DNA of 37,161 bases from the IMG/VR virus record IMGVR_UViG_3300027486_000001, positions 1 to 37,161 of that record. The stretch is one strand, 5' to 3'. The notes beneath the pieces were generated by a model. That model made no database searches, was not told the origin of the DNA, and saw nothing but the letters and a program-made list of their open reading frames with translations. Position numbers and translations under genes: made by a program. The stretch is from a virus. Positions 33,267 through 37,161 of the stretch are shown here, one piece after another (the first letter of the stretch is position 1; every line of letters begins with the position of its first letter).

Positions 33267-34467
33267 TGTTCTAACTGCGGCCCGTCAGCGCATTTCATGG
33301 ACGTTTGATGAGTTTGACCGGATCTATTGCAGTTTTAGCGCTGGAAAAGATAGCGGCGTAATGGTGCATCTTGTTTGCGAAGAGGCTAGAAAGCGCGGAA
33401 GGAAAATCGGATTGTTTTTCCTCGATTGGGAGGCGCAATTTTCTCTGACAATTGATTTTGCTCGACGCATTTTTAATGAATACGCTGATTGCGTTGAGCC
33501 ATATTGGATTGCGCTTCCAATAAAGACGTGGAATGCCGTTTCGATGTATGAGCCTGAATGGACGGCATGGGATGAATCCAAAAAGAATCTATGGGTTCGC
33601 CAGCCTGAGCCAATCAGCATCACAAATAAAGAAACGATGCCTTTTTGGTACGAAGGCATTATGTTTGAGGAGTTTGTTCCTACATTTGGTCAGTGGTATG
33701 CGCAAGGTGAAAAATGCGCGTGTTTTGTAGGTATTCGCGCACAAGAAAGCCTAAATCGATTCAGGACATTGGCAAGAGAAAAGCCAATGTATGACGGTAA
33801 GCCATACACAACAAATGTTGTTGAAAATGTCTGGAATGTCTACCCGATCTACGATTGGAGGACAGAAGATATTTGGGTATATCACGGCAAAACAAGAAAG
33901 GATTACAACAAACTGTATGACCGTATGTGGCAGGCGGGCATGACGATCCATCAAATGCGAATTTGTGAGCCGTTTGGTGATGAATCTCGCAAAGGTTTGT
34001 GGCTTTATCAGGTTGTTGAGCCTTCTGTTTGGGCTCGCCTTGTCTTGCGGGTAAATGGAGCGAATACAGGCAAGCTGTACAGCAATGAGCGCGGCAATGT
34101 TATGGGGAATCACACAATCACCCTTCCTGCCGGCCACACTTGGAAGTCATTTGCGATGAGCTTGCTAAAAAGCACGCCACCAAAGACAGCGCAGCACTAC
34201 AAAAACAAGATCGCTGTTTACCTGAACTGGTGGATGAAACGAGGCTATCCAGATGGAATTCCTGATGAGGCCGATCTGAAGCTAGAAAACAACCAGAAGG
34301 CCCCAAGCTGGAGGCGGGTATGCAAGACCCTCTTGCGCAATGATTATTGGTGCAAATACATGGGTTTTAGCCCAACGAAGACAAGTGCATATCAGAAATA
34401 TACAGATTTGATGGCACGCAGACGAAAAGCTTGGAATCTGTTCGCGGAGGATATTAAATCATCGTAA
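33241..34467 (+). CDS. ibrA: PAPS-reductase-like PP-loop ATP pyrophosphatase, YbdN/IbrA type
   Basis: ATG 33241 has GGAGAG 6 nt upstream (the track start is 33199). The PP-loop SFSAGKDSGV lies at aa 26-35. FFLDWEAQF and EPYWIALP blocks follow. A long C-terminal extension is typical of the IbrA/YbdN (DUF3440-containing) type. Confidence 0.78.
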   Translation: MPKKSLGLDVLTAARQRISWTFDEFDRIYCSFSAGKDSGVMVHLVCEEARKRGRKIGLFFLDWEAQFSLTIDFARRIFNEYADCVEPYWIALPIKTWNAVSMYEPEWTAWDESKKNLWVRQPEPISITNKETMPFWYEGIMFEEFVPTFGQWYAQGEKCACFVGIRAQESLNRFRTLAREKPMYDGKPYTTNVVENVWNVYPIYDWRTEDIWVYHGKTRKDYNKLYDRMWQAGMTIHQMRICEPFGDESRKGLWLYQVVEPSVWARLVLRVNGANTGKLYSNERGNVMGNHTITLPAGHTWKSFAMSLLKSTPPKTAQHYKNKIAVYLNWWMKRGYPDGIPDEADLKLENNQKAPSWRRVCKTLLRNDYWCKYMGFSPTKTSAYQKYTDLMARRRKAWNLFAEDIKSS

Positions 34468-34503
34468 AAAGCAATGTCTCCATATTTGCAGAAGGATAAA
34501 ACC

Positions 34504-34686
34504 ATGAACGCGTTCTCCAAAGCTTACACGCCAGTCATAACCCCCAAAGAGATCAAGTCCACATCCAAGCGAGTGACCAAGGTTGACCCGCATGTGGACT
34601 CACACATCTATTTGGGCAAGAAGGAAACCAGCCAGGAGCGCGCAGATAGGCGCAAGAAGCTGGAACGCTCCAACTCTTTTTGTTGA
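34504..34686 (+). CDS. Small basic protein (60 aa)
   Basis: ATG 34504 has AGGA 8 nt upstream. The alternative ATG at 34474 is the track start. Lys/Arg-rich (KRVTK..., ERADRRKKLERS). Confidence 0.5.
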   Translation: MNAFSKAYTPVITPKEIKSTSKRVTKVDPHVDSHIYLGKKETSQERADRRKKLERSNSFC

Positions 34687-34815
34687 GAGTTTGAGGTAAA
34701 ATCAAGCATCCGGCGCAATGCTGGTAACGCGGGGGGCCTAGGCTCATTACCGAAAAGGCGTTTAGTCCACGCTCTGGCCCCGCACACCGCTTGGACCACC
34801 TTTGACTGAGGTTTC

Positions 34816-35511
34816 ATGGCTATCGTTCGATCCCCTCGAAAGCATGGGACTTTTACCGTGCTTTCTAATTCAGTTTTGCTCGATTCACGCCTATCTATGC
34901 GTGCTCTTGGGTTGCTTGTGAGGCTTCTTTCCCGTCCTGACAATTGGCGCACAAACAGCGAAACTCTTGCTCGAGAGTTCAGTTGCGGCAGAGATCAAAT
35001 GCGGACTACTTTAAAAGAGTTGTCCGATTGCGGTTATGTACGTTTAGTCAAGTCAAATGGCGATGATGGTCGAATCGCATCAGAGTGGCATGTCTTTGAT
35101 GATGGCATTGAATCTGACAACGCACCAGGGCCTGAAAAACCGTACGTCGGTGAACCAGCGACTGGAAAACCAGCTTCCGGTAAATCAGGCCCCTTAACAA
35201 AGACTGACTTAACAAAGACTGATAACAAAGACGCTGTGCCTATCGGCTTCTCTGAGTTTTGGTCTACTTGGCCGGTAAGTAATCGAAAAGGCGGGAAAGC
35301 TGAGTGCCTGAAGGTGTGGACATCAAGACATCTTGAGAAGTCTGCTGATGTGATCGTCAATCACGTCAAATACATGACAACAACAAACGATTGGGCAAAG
35401 AACTTTGGCGAGTTTATCCCCGCGCCGGTTGTGTATTTGCGTGGGGCTCGATGGGATGGGGCGAGCGATTCATCCGATCCAATCAAGAATCCATTTGCAG
35501 GAGTTATATGA
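34816..35511 (+). CDS. Replication initiator / replisome organiser with an N-terminal winged-helix domain
   Basis: FTVLSNSVLLDSRLSMRALGLLVRLLSRPDNWRTNSETLAREFSCGRDQMRTTLKELSDCGYV is the typical phage replication-protein wHTH pattern. It has a low-complexity linker carrying tandem DNA repeats, and the helicase gene lies downstream. Confidence 0.75.
   Translation: MAIVRSPRKHGTFTVLSNSVLLDSRLSMRALGLLVRLLSRPDNWRTNSETLAREFSCGRDQMRTTLKELSDCGYVRLVKSNGDDGRIASEWHVFDDGIESDNAPGPEKPYVGEPATGKPASGKSGPLTKTDLTKTDNKDAVPIGFSEFWSTWPVSNRKGGKAECLKVWTSRHLEKSADVIVNHVKYMTTTNDWAKNFGEFIPAPVVYLRGARWDGASDSSDPIKNPFAGVI
35194..35236. repeat. Tandem iteron-like repeats inside the initiator gene (candidate origin)
   Basis: TTAACAAAGACTGAC (35194-35208), TTAACAAAGACTGAT (35209-35223) and AACAAAGACGCTG (35224-35236), encoding LTKTDLTKTDNKD in the linker. 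Confidence 0.6.
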
Positions 35512-35888
35512 TGCTTGGACACGAATACCTCATAAACATGCGTAAACGTGGCTACAAGCCGCGATCAGTGTGGGTTGAATGCCTGCCTATGGGTAGCTTC
35601 GCAAAAAGCCTCATAAGCCCGCAAATCAAAAACGACATGGACATCCATCTTGATGCTCGTGATATCAGTTGCGCGTCAAGGCTTGACCTTCGTTTCTTGA
35701 TGGGCCTGAACGTTTACGTCAATGGGCCTGATGACGAGACAACGCAAGCCGTTGCTGATGCCTGCTTGAAGGCTGGCGCAGTCAAGGTCATTGCCTCGTT
35801 CTTTGACTTGTCAAAGCGTGAACGTGACTGGCTTGTGAAGATGACCACGACAACATCTGAAGGGGTGAAAACAACATGGCCTCAGTGA
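35508..35888 (+). CDS. Hypothetical replication-module protein (126 aa), helicase-loader position
   Basis: ATGATG at 35508 overlaps the initiator stop, with GCAGGAG upstream. It lies between the initiator and the helicase. No motif recognised. Confidence 0.55.
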   Translation: MMLGHEYLINMRKRGYKPRSVWVECLPMGSFAKSLISPQIKNDMDIHLDARDISCASRLDLRFLMGLNVYVNGPDDETTQAVADACLKAGAVKVIASFFDLSKRERDWLVKMTTTTSEGVKTTWPQ

Positions 35889-36841
35889 TTCAACGTGACG
35901 ACATCGACTTCGCCGCATACATCCGCGAGACCGAAGCCAAGCAAAAGGTTCGTTCCGCGTCGGAGTACGTTGGCGAGTTGATTGATTCGATCTTTAACGC
36001 CAAGAAAGACCCTTGCGCCTACCTGCCGTGGGACAAGACACACAGGGAATTTGCGCTTCGTCCAGGCGAGGTGACGCTGTGGGCCGGTATCAATGGGCAC
36101 GGCAAATCCCTTGTTACTGGTCAGGTATCGCTGTCGTTGATGGGCCAAGGCGAGAAGGTTTGCATTGCATCTTTCGAGATGAAGCCGCGCAAAACGCTTG
36201 AACGGATGGCTAGGCAATGGCATGGCGCACCGCCTACAAGTGAGTACGACACGCCGGACATGATCGCGTCGGCAAAGGAAGTTTATCGTCAGTTCGGGGA
36301 TTGGACGAATCGCAAGTTGTGGCTGTACGACCAACAAGGCACCGTCGATGCCGACACCGTTTTAGGTGTTGCTCGCTACTGCGCCAAAGAGTTGGGAATC
36401 ACTCACATCTTCATCGACAGCCTCATGAAGTGCGTCAAAGGCGAGGACGACTACAACGGTCAGAAAGAGTTTGTTGACGAGCTATGCGCCTTGGCCCGCG
36501 ATTGCAACATCCACATCCACCTTGTCCACCACATCAAGAAGCTGTCCAGCGAAGAACAGCAGCCCGGGAAGTTTGACGCCAAGGGATCGGGGTCAATTTC
36601 CGATCAGGTGGACAACTTCATCAGCGTTTGGCGCAACAAGAAAAAGGAGCGTGAAGCGCAAGTCGGAAAGACTCCCGCGATGGACGAACCAGATTGCCTT
36701 TTGATTTGCGACAAGCAGCGCAACGGTGAGTGGGAAGGGCGCATTGGCCTTTTCTTTGACCGTGACTCGCAGCAATTCAAAGGCATGCCCGGTGATCGGG
36801 TTGTGAATTTCGACTCATGGCCTCACCGGCCTTGGCATTGA
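35876..36841 (+). CDS. DnaB-like / RecA-fold replicative helicase domain protein
   Basis: 321 aa. It has Walker A GINGHGKS, a Walker B-like THIFIDSLMK, HLVHHIKK, and a KGSGSISDQVDN motif typical of the DnaB/T7 gp4 helicase C-domain family. No primase domain was seen. Confidence 0.8.
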   Translation: MASVIQRDDIDFAAYIRETEAKQKVRSASEYVGELIDSIFNAKKDPCAYLPWDKTHREFALRPGEVTLWAGINGHGKSLVTGQVSLSLMGQGEKVCIASFEMKPRKTLERMARQWHGAPPTSEYDTPDMIASAKEVYRQFGDWTNRKLWLYDQQGTVDADTVLGVARYCAKELGITHIFIDSLMKCVKGEDDYNGQKEFVDELCALARDCNIHIHLVHHIKKLSSEEQQPGKFDAKGSGSISDQVDNFISVWRNKKKEREAQVGKTPAMDEPDCLLICDKQRNGEWEGRIGLFFDRDSQQFKGMPGDRVVNFDSWPHRPWH

Positions 36842-36852
36842 GGGGATTTGGT

Positions 36853-37161
36853 ATGAGCCATAAACAAGGAACGTACTTGGGTGGTATCAGGTCATTGGAT
36901 GACTTGAAGAAGAGATGCATTGTTGATGAGTTGAGCGGTTGCTGGTTGTGGAGGTTGAGCACTACGCAAGGATTCCCCAACGTGCATATCCCGCACCCTG
37001 TTACAGGGGAGCGGACGAAGATGAAGGGGCGTCGCGCTGCGCTGATCCTGAAAACTGGAAAGATGCTTCCGTCTGGATGGTTTGCAATCCGCAAGCCATC
37101 TTGCGAATCTCCTATTTGTTGCAACCCTGATCACTCGTTTGCTGGTGATGGGAAGGCTTAC
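36853..37161 (+). CDS. 5' portion of the junction-spanning HNH_3-like/HTH gene (continues at 128-382 of the unique sequence)
   Basis: ATG 36853 has GAGGGG 8 nt upstream. The frame stays open to the window end and runs on into ORF 29-382 through the 127-nt duplicated segment. Confidence 0.7.
   Translation, partial: MSHKQGTYLGGIRSLDDLKKRCIVDELSGCWLWRLSTTQGFPNVHIPHPVTGERTKMKGRRAALILKTGKMLPSGWFAIRKPSCESPICCNPDHSFAGDGKAY
37035..37161. repeat. Second copy of the terminal duplication (identical to 1-127)
   Basis: See feature 1-127. Confidence 0.9.

Overview
The window appears to be a complete temperate tailed-phage genome of about 37.0 kb. Bases 1-127 repeat exactly at 37035-37161, so the unique unit is 37034 bp, either circular or terminally redundant. 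One gene, an HNH-like/HTH protein (36853 -> 382), spans the junction.

A rightward block of about 29 kb runs from 32018 through the junction to 23805. In order it carries:
- an early ParB-like / unknown / PP-loop (YbdM-YbdN, IbrB-IbrA type) cassette;
- a winged-helix replication initiator with internal iterons, and a DnaB-like helicase;
- nin-type genes (NinB, a short C5-MTase-like gene, NinG);
- a small terminase candidate and a PBSX-type large terminase, then a P22-like portal;
- a 729-aa beta-helix depolymerase-like protein inserted in the head module;
- scaffold, P22-like coat, head-completion/tail-hub candidates and three ejection-type proteins;
- a tailspike, an intrinsic terminator, and a lysis cassette (holin, holin-like, DUF5675/YkuD-like lysin candidate, overlapped Rz/Rz1 spanins).

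A leftward block of about 7.7 kb (31868 -> 24136) holds tightly translationally coupled early genes (ERF recombinase, an Ea22-like protein, several micro-ORFs). These are followed by lambda-type xis and int, a probable attP region, and two moron-like genes.

I saw no tRNA, rRNA, CRISPR array, transposase, reverse transcriptase or recognisable CI/Cro repressor.

The most interesting leads are:
- the AT-richer ParB-like/PP-loop three-gene cassette, which occupies the position usually held by cro/cII;
- a 330-nt ORF-free region with repeats and hairpins between the spanins and the morons;
- the second depolymerase-like gene, between portal and scaffold;
- the apparent absence of a classical immunity module.

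All functional calls rest on motif recognition by eye and gene order. No database search was run.
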